The notes beneath the pieces were generated by a model that was given only the letters and a program-made list of their open reading frames with translations, did no database searches and was not told where the DNA came from. The translations under genes and the position numbers were made by a program. A stretch of DNA of 60,809 bases, filler included, from Sphacelaria rigidula (lineage: Eukaryota): NCBI GenBank assembly GCA_964200075.2. It is 2 parts of 2 records of this genome, joined end to end, with 100 filler letters (N's around TTAATTAATTAA, not from the genome) between each part and the next. Parts side by side here need not be neighbours in the genome. Positions count along the whole stretch, not along the records: positions 1 to 30,386 come from CAXNAA020000063.1; positions 30,487 to 60,809 come from CAXNAA020000064.1. One strand, given 5' to 3'. Below, piece after piece: positions 26,001-36,700 of the stretch; the stretch's first letter is position 1, and every line of letters begins with the position of its first letter.

Positions 26001-28846
26001 ACAGCGGAAACGATGACCAGCATGTATTGCACGGTTGTTTGAGGCTATGGATATAATATTGGGTTCGAAAAATGACTGCTAGCAAATCCTGCCTGTGCGT
26101 GCAATGCAAGTATACCTTGGGCAGTAGAGCGTGAGCGCGTTTTTGACATCGCACTGAAAATGTCAGATTCGAAAATGTCCGCGGGCTTTCACGAGGAGTG
26201 CATATCCTGCACCATCTGCTGGGGCAATATCGATTCTGCTTGTACGCTGTCGTCGGTTCAACAGGTCGACTCACTTCAGCTCTCAAAATATTCTTCAAGT
26301 AAATATTGACCATCCTTTGTTCCAAAAAGATCACCCACATCTTCCTGGCTTGCCGTTCACCACGTCGGGAGCGAAGAGGTTTCGTGCGGTAGCCGGTTGT
26401 GTGACCCCCTTTAGGTCCAAAGCTGTTGTTATTTCGCCCAGGATACGTCATGTTCTCTTCGACTTTTTGGTGTTGGGCTCTTGTGTTGGGTTTGTGTCCG
26501 AGAATATTGAGCGGGCCGCCACCACAAAAGCACCCGTGCCTCATTCAGAGTCATCATGCTGCAACAGTACGGTATATGACTACGGCCGGAGCCCTCGAAA
26601 CATATTCGGTCGTTCTGAAGTCCCATATCTGACGTATTCATATTTGAGTTCCACCGATATCAATACAAGACCCTCACATCGAATATGAATGCAAGCATTG
26701 GCATGCCCAAGACAGGACATGACGGCAGCTTTGCTTCATATAGGGTTGGTTCATGCGTGTGCGAAATGCCGGCGAGTTGGGTATGAATAAAGCAGCAGTG
26801 TGACCGCACTACATGGAAGGGCTACCGTGATGATTTCCGTGATTCATAACGGACGTACAGAGACAACATACAGAGACAAGAAAGGAAAGCCTAAATATTA
26901 TTATGTCCGCACAGAGGCTTGCACAGTATGTTAAAAAGGCCACCCGTAAAAGAGGCGAAGACGGTGTTCGCACGTGACTGACTCTACCATGTCTTACGCC
27001 ATACTGCCACGCATTCTATAGTGCGTTCGCGTGGCAACGTGATCTCACTTGTAAAGAGGATCAAGTTCCTGGTACCGGTGGCCGTTCTTAGGCTGGTAAA
27101 GGTGGCACTCCAGCCCTAGTTCCTTCATGAACGGTATCCAGGTGTCTCCGAGCGTCCTCGGTGTGACCTCCTGCGTGGAGCATAACATGTACTTCAGATT
27201 TACACCCATCACACCAAACTCTATCGTTCACGCGGCAGTTTCCCAGATGTTGAGTAGGGGTCACGTGTGCGTCTTCGATAAATGGTACGTTATCAAGATT
27301 GGCACCCGAGCGTCTCAAAGGTGTCTTCGGCGCGACTTCCGTGTGTCAACACCAAGCGTTCTTGAAACCACAGTAAACCCCAATCTTAGGCAAATCCCAT
27401 TGGTCAGAATTGAGTACATACACAACCACACACATGTTTCGGCGCCGTTTGACAGTGATTGGGATTGGCACTCCCAACGCCTGAATTCAACAGTGGGAGC
27501 CCCGTCACATGGCCGTAGGCTACCACCCCGACAATTGCCATGGTGGGATCCCGCACTCTTTCACTAGCACCGTGGACGTCCTTGAACCAAATATAGCGAG
27601 TGAGGACTGTGACAATCGTTTTTGACCACGCGATGATGAGGAAACGCACTTTGGGGGTCTGCACTATAGTGGGATCCCTACTGTATGAACACTTGCAACG
27701 CTACTTATTCACCATACGAGCAAAACCGGGTGGGCACCACGTGCACGTTGTTAACTGAACTGCAAACGTCGACCTACTTTTACCGGACACATCATTGTCA
27801 TCTACATTCGTACAGTAGCAGCCTACTTTGAGGAAACCCCTGTTATGGCGTGACGATAGAAAATCATGCTTATCTCGTCCCAACCATCAAGAATCTTATA
27901 GATACAGCCGCGGACCCGATATAGTGCCGCCTAGTCCGCGGCGAAAATATCGGTACTCTAGCCGTGTGGCATGATACCGAACGGCATTATATCGATTCCA
28001 CCGCTGTAGTTGCATACATAGGGGTAACGTATATCTCCGAACCGGCACCATACTGCCTCTGCAGGCAGCATCTGCATAAGCCGCTGGAGCAACGCATTGC
28101 TGATCGATACCTACAAGGTGATCTGACCATTTCATGTCATTCGTCCAAGGCTGAGTGGGGTGGCGTCCACGCAACTCCGCGACTCAGAGGATCTTACTTT
28201 TTTCTCGGTTTTCGAGCCAACTCAACTTTTCTTACTCACGGTCGAACCCTGTCGACCCGTCCGGACGTCGTGCACCCGTACTCCGAGTGCGATCATGGAC
28301 TCGAGATGAGTTCAGAGGTTTTGGCTTCATTTCGTAGGGCAATTTCTTGGATTCAGACTACCCCCCCCCTCCCTGTTGGGCAAAAGTGAACAGTGAACGT
28401 GCGGTGCAAATTTATCAGGCACGCTACTTCATAAATATATGAAAAATCATGGAGATCCGAGAGTCCAGGCCAATTATTGAGGCCGGATCCATTGTATTCA
28501 GCGCCATTGATTTTCTAGGCCGGAGCCTCTGCTTTTTGCGAAACCGAGTCTCGGCTGTGCCAGTTGGGATTTGTTTTCAGCGCGGGCCGCTTCCTGTACA
28601 GCACGATGCGCTTCGACGCTACCCGTAGAGTACAACGCGCTGTGACGCACGGCCGTTCCCCCTGCTACAGCGCATGCACTCACCTGAAGACACACGGCCT
28701 GGAGACCCCCCCCCGGTGCCTCATGATACTCCCGAATTTCCTCCTTCAGGACCAAGCTCCTTTCGCTCCACCGTCGCAACTGCGGGTCAACACGTGTGAA
28801 ACAAATGCCCAAGAGTCTTGCATGCACGGCCGAACATCCTAGGTAT
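17098..28846 (-). CDS. Angel/CCR4/nocturnin/PDE12-family EEP phosphoesterase, N-terminus missing
   Basis: Exons 28846 (or 28779)-28684, 27170-27049, 25021-24310, 23776-23549, 18685-18531 and 17488-17098 have compatible phases and GT-AG sites. Motifs: WSERSLVLKEEI, VCLQ/EV, GVAIFY, HLWFHPSRPDLKTAQ, LCGDFNSVP, HPEHP, FTTKTS/HFSGVIDHVF, GSDHLAL, then stop. Confidence 0.88.
20920..21100 (-). mobile_element. Probable LINE 3'-end fragment with (ATCA)n tail; related copies at about 19200-19308 (+) and 31740-31826 (+)
   Basis: Shared ACCACGGCTGGA(T/C)C..(T)GGGG..GT.A.TT motif followed by an ATCAATCA tail and preceded by pyrimidine-rich sequence. Confidence 0.6.
21512..21880 (-). mobile_element. tRNA-derived SINE (near full-length copy)
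   Basis: The reverse strand starts CCGGTCGCCCCGGTGGCTCAGTT (A-box-like). The body carries CTGGCGTCCAGAATAGATGGGATG and ends in a CA-rich tail. Homologous copies lie at 29835-30173, 34814-35214, 41298-41652 and 58270-58489. Confidence 0.75.
24084..24217 (+). repeat. Interstitial telomeric tract (GGGTTA)6 between two 51-bp direct repeats
   Basis: GCCTACAGCCACCACTGAGGACAGCAGAGGGG(TG/CA)AGCTTAGGTAAATGGGT occurs at 24084-24134 and 24167-24217. The telomeric tract spans 24131-24167. Confidence 0.93.
24544..24723 (-). repeat. Coding 12-nt minisatellite (15 x EE[P/S][A/T]-like) within the EEP gene exon
   Basis: Translates as EELA EETA AEPT EESA EESA DESA EEPA EEPA EEPT KEPT EEPT AELT EEPT EESA EEPG. 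Confidence 0.9.
27905..28006. mobile_element. Small Tc1/mariner/pogo-type MITE with TA target duplication
   Basis: TA|CAGCCGCGGACCCGATATAGTGCCG ... CGGCATTATATCGATTCCACCGCTG|TA: imperfect ~25-bp TIRs flanked by TA. Confidence 0.65.
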
Positions 28847-29834
28847 CTAGGTCACGGGACAACACAGAGGTGCACACCCCTACAACAACACGATCGAGTA
28901 AAAAAGCGTAAAAGCGCGTGAAAACATCAAGTTACACAGAGATGACATTCACATGGCGCAGACTTGCCACAACTCTCGCATCACTCCTTGTTTCAAAAAC
29001 GTGAAATAAACTGTACGAAGACTGAGGATTTTGGCCCCTCATCGACGTTGTGCGCACGAGAGATAGACCTCCAAGCGTAACATTACAACCGGAAAAGACG
29101 ATCGTATATTCTCTGTCGCAGAGGATTCGGTCACACTTTAGCGGGTTCTCGCGCCCACGCAGCTTCATTGTGGGCGAAATTACGATTCGGTGCGCCAATC
29201 TTCACGAACTACCTTGAGCCAGGGGAAAACAAACAAACCTTGGGGCATCTCGTTTTTTGATAACGAAAAACTATGAACGTCACCCAGATTCAACTTGAGT
29301 GCACTGAAGCTCTCTACAGCGTAAGGGACCCGTCCCAGGCAGTGAGGCCTATCATTCCAAGGTGAACGGCGGTTCCGAAGGACAAAACGTCTCTGGTTTT
29401 TCATCTTCTCATCCTTTCGCAGAAAATCAGATACAAGTGAAGAAGATATAAGCAACCCTTGAATGCCGCTGCTTACTAGGTATCTAGTTGCCTTTGACGA
29501 ATAAAACTTCCGCTTTAGGGTTAGAGTCAGCGATGTTGGGGCACTGTATCCTAGACACACATCCATCTACTATAGGATGTAGAGATCCATTGATTGCCGC
29601 TGCCCGTCGACGGTCTATGTCACACACCAGCAGCCAGTGAGGGCGAAAGAGTGCATGGTGAAATCCCAAAGTATGCCTTTTTATTGGCGTCATCTGGTTC
29701 CAGTCGTTGAGAATGTGACGGTGTCAGTAACGAACATACATTGACTACTAGGGCGACGACGCAATGCGGAAGTGTTGATAAGTGTTGATCCAGCTTGCGA
29801 TACTAAAATATCATAAATATATCGCGACAGAGAT

Positions 29835-30173
29835 AAGTTGCCATCTCGAAACTTCAAAGGGGTCTCGAGGAAGGGAGCACCAACTGAGATTATTTTTCAC
29901 ACCATGCTCAACAGTGGAGAGCGACTGTGTCGTGTGTACACAAAACTCAACTTCACGCGCAATAAGGGCAAGGGACCGCGGAACCCCTCTCGCGATAAAA
30001 GTAGGGCAAGCACCGCAGAAGGAAAGTGGAGAACAAAACTAAAATACGAAAGGAAGAAACGCCTTTGTTGGTCTCCTTCCTGTGTGTCTCCGGCTGAATC
30101 GCCCACAAATACCGGAAGGTGTAGACGGGCCGTCCAGAATAGGGACGACGACGACAACACACACACACACACA
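29835..30173 (+). mobile_element. tRNA-derived SINE family copy (degenerate head)
   Basis: CACCATGCTCAACAGTGGAGAGCGAC...CCTTCCTGTGTG...CGTCCAGAATAG followed by a (CA)n tail; matches the other copies. Confidence 0.7.
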
Positions 30174-30386
30174 TGCACCTGAACAGGGGCTAACTATTCC
30201 GTGTTGCTTGTTTCTTGCTTCCTCTTCTTCATTTCTTCTTCCATTTTCATTTTCATTTTTTCTCACCTCGTCAAGTTTTTCATCAAGAGTTGTTGTTGGT
30301 ATTGTCATTTCCTTTCCCTTTCCCTTCCCCTCCTTCTCTTTTTTTTTTCTGTGTTGCTTGTCTCTGGTTCTGATTTCGCCCAATCC

Positions 30387-30486
30387 NNNNNNNNNNNNNN
30401 NNNNNNNNNNNNNNNNNNNNNNNNNNNNNNTTAATTAATTAANNNNNNNNNNNNNNNNNNNNNNNNNNNNNNNNNNNNNNNNNNNN
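30387..30486. other. Assembly gap with a synthetic linker (N44-TTAATTAATTAA-N44)
   Basis: Exactly 100 bp with a central TTAATTAATTAA (30431-30442), which gives stops in all six frames. Confidence 0.95.
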
Positions 30487-30675
30487 TGCTCCGTCCCGGC
30501 TTTGTAGGGATGCGAGGTCAATGGTCTGATGACTATGGCATGCATAGTCATGGGTGAACTTCACCCCCCCACTCCGAGCCTGGTTTGGCGAAAACCCGGC
30601 GTGCTCCGTCCCAAACTTTGCAGGGATGCGAGGTCAACGGTCATATAGCTATGGCAAGCAAGATCATGAGTACAC
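30487..30675 (+). repeat. Two tandem copies of a dispersed repeat ('family A') that usually ends in a poly-C run
   Basis: Consensus GAGCCTGGT.TGGC.AAAACCCGGCGTGCTCCGTCCCGGCTTTGTAGGGATGCGAGGTCAATGGTC...ACTA.GGCA.GCAA...ATGAGTAC(C)n. Other copies lie at 6007-6037, 6448-6795 (split), 21195-21272 (-), 22226-22324 (-), 33552-33610 (-), 36267-36328 (-) and 60731-60790 (-). Confidence 0.8.
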
Positions 30676-31250
30676 TTCCGCGTCGAAAGGGGTGCGCAGA
30701 CAATCGTCAAATGACTCGGGCGTGCAACAAATTAGTCCGCCCCCCCTCCACGGCAGGAGTACACAGTATCAAAAGATCGACGCATCGCTTCCCCGTACTT
30801 TAGCAGCTCCATTCTATTCATCATTGGGACAGCACTCGTACAACCTGTCCGACAACATCGGAATGTATTGTACACCATACCACGAAAAACAATTAGGGGG
30901 GAATCGAAAACAATTCAGCGCAAAGCAAAAGCAATGAGGCATGGCAGTGATTGATGCCGATGCATCCTTCTTTTCACACGATGTACCCACGCGCACAACA
31001 ATGTTTGGAGCAATGATTGCACAATGCTACGAGCGACTAAAAAAAAGCGCATCACACTCAAACGAATTACGAACGGAAACAAACAACAAAGCGCTTCACC
31101 CTTCGACTCCGACGACCCACACGCGTGTCATTCATCGAAGCGGCGTCACATCACCTTGAAAAATGATCGTCAGGACCCTCCTGTCTACCCACAGGCGGTC
31201 CAAGTATCAACACTAATAACTATGACGAACAAAAAAAAACGGGCTCTCAC

Positions 31251-33669
31251 CCGCTGGTGTCGACGATGAGAACATCATAGCCTCCTTCTATTGCCTTGTC
31301 CGCGGCCCTCGCTACTACCGACGCGGCCTTTTTCTCGTCGGCCTCGACAGGCGTTATGATGTCCGCGCCAGACCTTTCCGCCCACTCCTCCAACTGCTCC
31401 ACTGCGGCCGCCCTGCGCAACAAGAGCAAAACGAAAACACAAGGATCAAGCAACAAAAATATACGAAATAAAAACAGACGCACACAGCAAGAATCACCTG
31501 TTTGTTCTGGTCGGTCGGACAATCCACGACATCAGCAGTTCCGGCCAAAATAGAGGACACTGTGCCCTATACAGATTGTGCTACAGATACAACTGCTGAC
31601 CAGCTGCGGGAGACTCGTTGATTTTTGCACTTTTCAGTGCTCGTTTTTTTTTCAGACATTGACGTAAGTGCCAGGACCGCTTTTTGTCTATCGCATGAGT
31701 TTCTTTCTTTTTTTCCTTCTTTTTTCTCTCAGGGCGTGTTCCAGTTTCGTTTTTCTTGGGTATGTCTATCATGACACCACGGCTGGACCCCTAGGGGGGT
31801 CAGTTGAAGTGCGACAATCAATCAGTCATGAGCCCGTTTACTCAGACTCGCGGTCGAAAATGAGAGGGTTCCTGGGCAACCACGCATGAAAACATTTTTT
31901 TTTCGTGGGATATCTTTCTCCAGTGGCGAGCTGCAGGAGGTACCACTGTCACGCTGGAAAAATACACCGTCAACACATAAAATCGGATGGGAAGAGTGAG
32001 AATTTGGGCTGAAACGTGGCAGGACCCCCGATGACCGGTCAGCCCGTAGGTCACTCAATATTGAGTACAGATGTATTTTTTCTTGGAATATGGAGCGGAT
32101 ACAATTATCTTCAGATCCCCAATGTGATGAGCGGTGGCAAGCGAAAAGAGCCCAAGAAAATCGCCAATTACGAAAAAATCACAAAATGCCACAAAATGAA
32201 CAGTTGGACCGCCCACTACCGTATATCGCCCATGTATGACAAAAACATTGGTGATTGCGCCCTTAGACGCCGGGCGAGGACGCAAGCGTGGTCGTAGTTG
32301 ATTGAGAATGGCCTTTATATTGTACGATGTAGCACGTAATGGTGAACCTATGGTGTCGATGCTGATCGTGAAACATCAATACGTTCCGATACATGCGCGA
32401 TATCAGTAGCAACACACGAGCCTCTCTTGATTTTGTTCGAGTAGTCACCACGGCAAATGAAACGCGAATAATTTAGTGTCTGAGCCGGCTGAGCGAGCTG
32501 CTACGGCCCAGCGGGTGGTGACCTGCCATCCATGTTGTACGTGCACGCGCTGTCATTTGTCTTTCAGTTTATCTTGCCACATTGTCACTTCGATACCTGA
32601 GACCCTCGATCTAACACCAATGCGACAACGGCCGACATGAGATATATGAAAAGCACGTAGACATATCAATCACCCTGGAAGGATGGACACGGGATACGGG
32701 GCACGGGGCAAGCTGATGTTCCGATGCTAACGCTATCACACGTACTACTACTATATATTATTTTATTTTATTTTTGTCGTGCTTTGAACCCCTCCCTTCC
32801 TCGGGACGAATCCGTGGTCTCAAGGGATCCATCAACCCATCTCTCCCCGGTACACGACTTGCATTTCGGTCTCGCGGATTGGATCATGACCATCAGCACT
32901 CCCGCTACCGCGTCAACTCACGCCAAACAAACTCAGTCAACTACTTTGTTTACTCCCGTTCTCACGCATTCCACGGTGGAAATCACATACTACGAAGAAA
33001 AATCCCAACACGTCGGAACTCGAACCCTCATTCTCCCCACCCTAATGGCGACAGTCGGACCATTACACCGCCGGGGCGCGGCGGCGACTACCGTGCGCAC
33101 ACGCGGCCGATGTTTCAAAGCTGACGCTGCCACACGTCACAACGACGAACGACAAAGACACTACTGTACGGTATAACTGCGACCACGAGACAACAGCAGC
33201 CGCTGCGTCCCGGTGTTCTAAATTAAAATGTCACGAGTTATAGCATTGGGCGGGGAAAACGCGGGTTCGATTCCTGCGAGATACGTATAATACAATTCGG
33301 ACCTTTTATCAAAAGTACCATACCTGATTTCCGTCGTTGCAGGTGTGAGGATGTTAGATGTTAGTAGCAACAAAAAAAAATATGGTCGATTGAGTTTGTT
33401 AAAAAGTCGACGCGGTGAGCGAGTACTGATCCAATCCGCGTTGCAAAAATGTAAGCCGTGTACCAGGGGAGGTGGGGTAATCTTCCAAGACCACGGAGTT
33501 GTCTTGAAGAGGGCGCGGGAGGGGGCGGGGGGGTACTCAAGGGAGGAGACAGGGGGGGGTACTCATTTGATGCCTGCCTTAGTCTTTTGACCATTGACCA
33601 CGCATCCCTTTTGACAGGAGATATTCCTCTCGAGGAAAGGGAGGGAATTGAAAGTGAGAACAACAGAAC

Positions 33670-33711
<42 letters not shown>

Positions 33712-36700
33712 GCAACGGCACACCACAGAAGGGCAGCACGTGGGCTACCTGAAGGTATCAGCCGCCGCCAGGAGCACTTTCTGTCCCCCCTGGATCCTCA
33801 ACCTCGAGGCTACCTTCCCCACGGTGGTGGTCTTGCCCATCCCATTCGCGCCCATGAAAAACAGAACCGACGGCCCCCCTACGGAGGGATCAGCGAACGA
33901 AATGGCTGCTCGGTCGATCTGGGACAGATCCTGAGCACCCTCGCTCGGTGTGGTAGAGCCCAAACCGGTCACATCCGCAGGCATTATGCCCCCGTTCAGC
34001 ACCTGCAAGAGCGGTATTATGAATTGTAAGGCGTTATATATAGTGTGCGACATCAACCAATAATCGAGGCAATAGGCAAACATACTCATCCGTTTTTACA
34101 CGGTCGATCAACTGCCTGCAGCACCTTGCACAAAAAAAAACGTAGCGGGTACATCGCTAAATATTCAATCAACTTGGCATGACTGCACCCACTGGTCTAC
34201 CTTGGACCGATTCTTATGAAAACCCAAATCTGAACAGAAAGATGGGGGGGGGGGGGGGGGGGCAAGAAAGCGAGTACACTGTATCGTAGCGGATGTGAAA
34301 TGTGTGTGTGTGTTTCATCTATCTTTTACGGAGACAAACCTGGTGTGGGTTTGGTGAGTCAAGATATTTTTCTTGTGCCATCAGGGAAGTTTGCAAGTTT
34401 GTTTGGATCGGTGGGCCAATCAAACTTAGGTGTCTCGGTACAAATAATTGGTTATGGTTGATGCCATCGACTGCTACCGTACTACAGGAGGGACAGCGCA
34501 GGCAACCGAGGATGCTACTTTGTCCAGATTTGCACACGCCGGACACCTCATGAACTACCTACAACATCCAATTGAGGACAACACTCAGACCCGTTTGTTC
34601 ATGAACACAAAATAAGTGACAGCGGGGTCCGAGAAGCTAAGCCGCTACTTTTGCGTTCCTCTGTGTGCTCGGCGTCCAGCGCTGTGGAGAACAAATATGG
34701 AAAAAGGGAACAAACGAAGTAGCTTATGATCTGGATCAGTACGCTAGTAAGAGGTGATATTCAGGTAACTCATGGGCTGTCCAACGTGTGGAGAGTTGCA
34801 AAACGCATGTAAGGCCGGTCGCCCCGGTGGCTCATTTGCAAGGGCAGGTCGAGTAGAGTATACTCAATTGCGGGGTATTTTGAAAGACGTACTTGAGGTA
34901 CTCAGATTAGGGTAGAGTGCTAGGAGTCGTGCCTAACAAATAACTGGAAAGCGACCGTAAAACCTTACCCTCCAATTTGTGTACTTGAAGTACGACTTTC
35001 AAAATACCCCGCAATTGAGTGTACTCTACTCGACCTACCCTTGCTCATTTAGTAACCTCGTAACCTTTAGACGGTTGGGCCGTGGGTTCGAATCTCGGTG
35101 AAGTCACACAATCTGGAATTTTTGTAACACCATGCCCAACTGTGGAGAGCGACTACCGAAAGGTATAGACTGGCGTCCAGAATAGATGAGATGACAACAC
35201 ACAACACACACACATATTGGTGATGGATTTGTTGCTACAGTGAGAGGCTCACTGCAAAGCCAGACTGAGCTGCCGATTGACTCTGTACCTGTCTTGCCCT
35301 CCGGCGGTCGATTTCCCAGCGCCGCGTGCGCGGAGAAATACATACCCATGTATATATAAAGAGGGAGACATGTTGCCAGCAAGTAGAGCCTTCCAGCAAC
35401 CGCTGTCAACTAAACTTTTTGCGGTCATTTTTTATCCGATTCGCCTCATATATGCCAACCCCCCCCCCCTCAAAAAAAAAAGTTGAACTCATCTCGGCCA
35501 TAGTTTAATAGCAAGCGTTATCATGTTTGCAAGAGAAAGTGAGCAGAGTAGGGCCTTCCAGCAAAGGTATATTTGGGTCAACTGATTGCAGTGGCCAAGG
35601 AGTTACCCAACACTCCGTAGTGACGCGGGGCGTACGGATAGACACGCATTCAAAAATACCCAGGAAAGCTTTGGGTGGAGGGGTCGTGCGAGACTCGGTC
35701 TACGCGCAGACTTGCAACACCCCGTAAAACATTCCCCCCGCATTTAGCTTTTTCGCAGCTCGACTAACTAACAGCTCATTTTATTCATTCGCTTCTCCTT
35801 AGCATTGCACAAAAAGTGTTTTTTAATGTTCATGGCCAAAACGTCATACTCACCAAAATCCAAAATCCTGGAACAAAGGGTTGTTCAGATGAGGGACAGT
35901 GGAAATCTTCCGCTTCTCACCTGAATAAGGGTAGCCCGCAGCACCGCCTTTATGTCATCGGGCTCCAGCCTCCGATCCTCTCCCTTGGCGGTGAGTCGAA
36001 GATCCTCTATGATTTGGAACGAGGTTGTGGCCCCTAGGTCTGCCTGGAGTAGTGCCTGAGGAGTGCAGTTGCACCGCAGTGGAAGAAGACCAAGTGTATT
36101 GTGAGGTGATCGACGAGGACGTTTCACGGATATGCACACGTCGAGGAAGAGGAGGTCCCGTTTGAATAGTCTGCCACCACGTCTCCCACCATCGGTGAAA
36201 CAGAGTTGAAGAGCTTTCCATGAAGATAAGTGTGTAGAAGGGGGTGGGTGGGTGGGTGGAGGGTGGAGGGGGGGGGCGTACTCACTTGTTGCTTGCCTTA
36301 GTCGTGTGACCAGTGACCATGCATCCCTTTCGAGACGAAGCATGGAGGGGGGAGGGGGGGAGGGGGGGGGGGGGCAATTTTCGTACCTGTAACCCCTCCC
36401 TTCCTCTGAATACATCCGTGGTGTCAACAGATCAAGTTCCTTCATGTTCCATTTTTCTCTTTTTTGTTTTTCTTTCAGCTCTCGTTCTAATGTTTTCGGA
36501 CGCCGTAAAACCAGCAACAACAACAAAAACAACAACTCTACTTCCGAGATTCGAATCTACATGATATACATGATCCACCCGAACTCCGATGGCGTTCCGG
36601 TTGGACTACCGGGGAGCTGCGATAATGTCTCCGAAAAGCCGTTCTACCTGTTAGCTTCGGCGAGCATGACCGGTATGGCTGACAAAATAGGCGGCAGATG

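Noticed and set aside
30431-30442. TTAATTAATTAA island within Ns
   Set aside because: Artificial six-frame-stop linker centred in an exact 100-bp gap, not biological sequence.
30520-30560. CTGATGA followed by a hairpin, like a hammerhead ribozyme core
   Set aside because: No GAAA after the stem, no stems I and III, and CTGATGA is not conserved in other family-A copies.
28846-31251. In-frame FtsY-EEP fusion protein
   Set aside because: The junction spans the synthetic gap and would remove essential GTPase motifs; an assembly artefact is far more likely.
33240-33280. GGGTTCGATTCC B-box / T-loop suggesting a tRNA gene (similar motif near 19415)
   Set aside because: No convincing cloverleaf or acceptor stem could be built; probably SINE-head remnants.
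33361-33934. Poly-Q / poly-C ORFs, also 41663-42022
   Set aside because: Intronic CAA/CAG microsatellites; the longer ORF is antisense to an FtsY exon.
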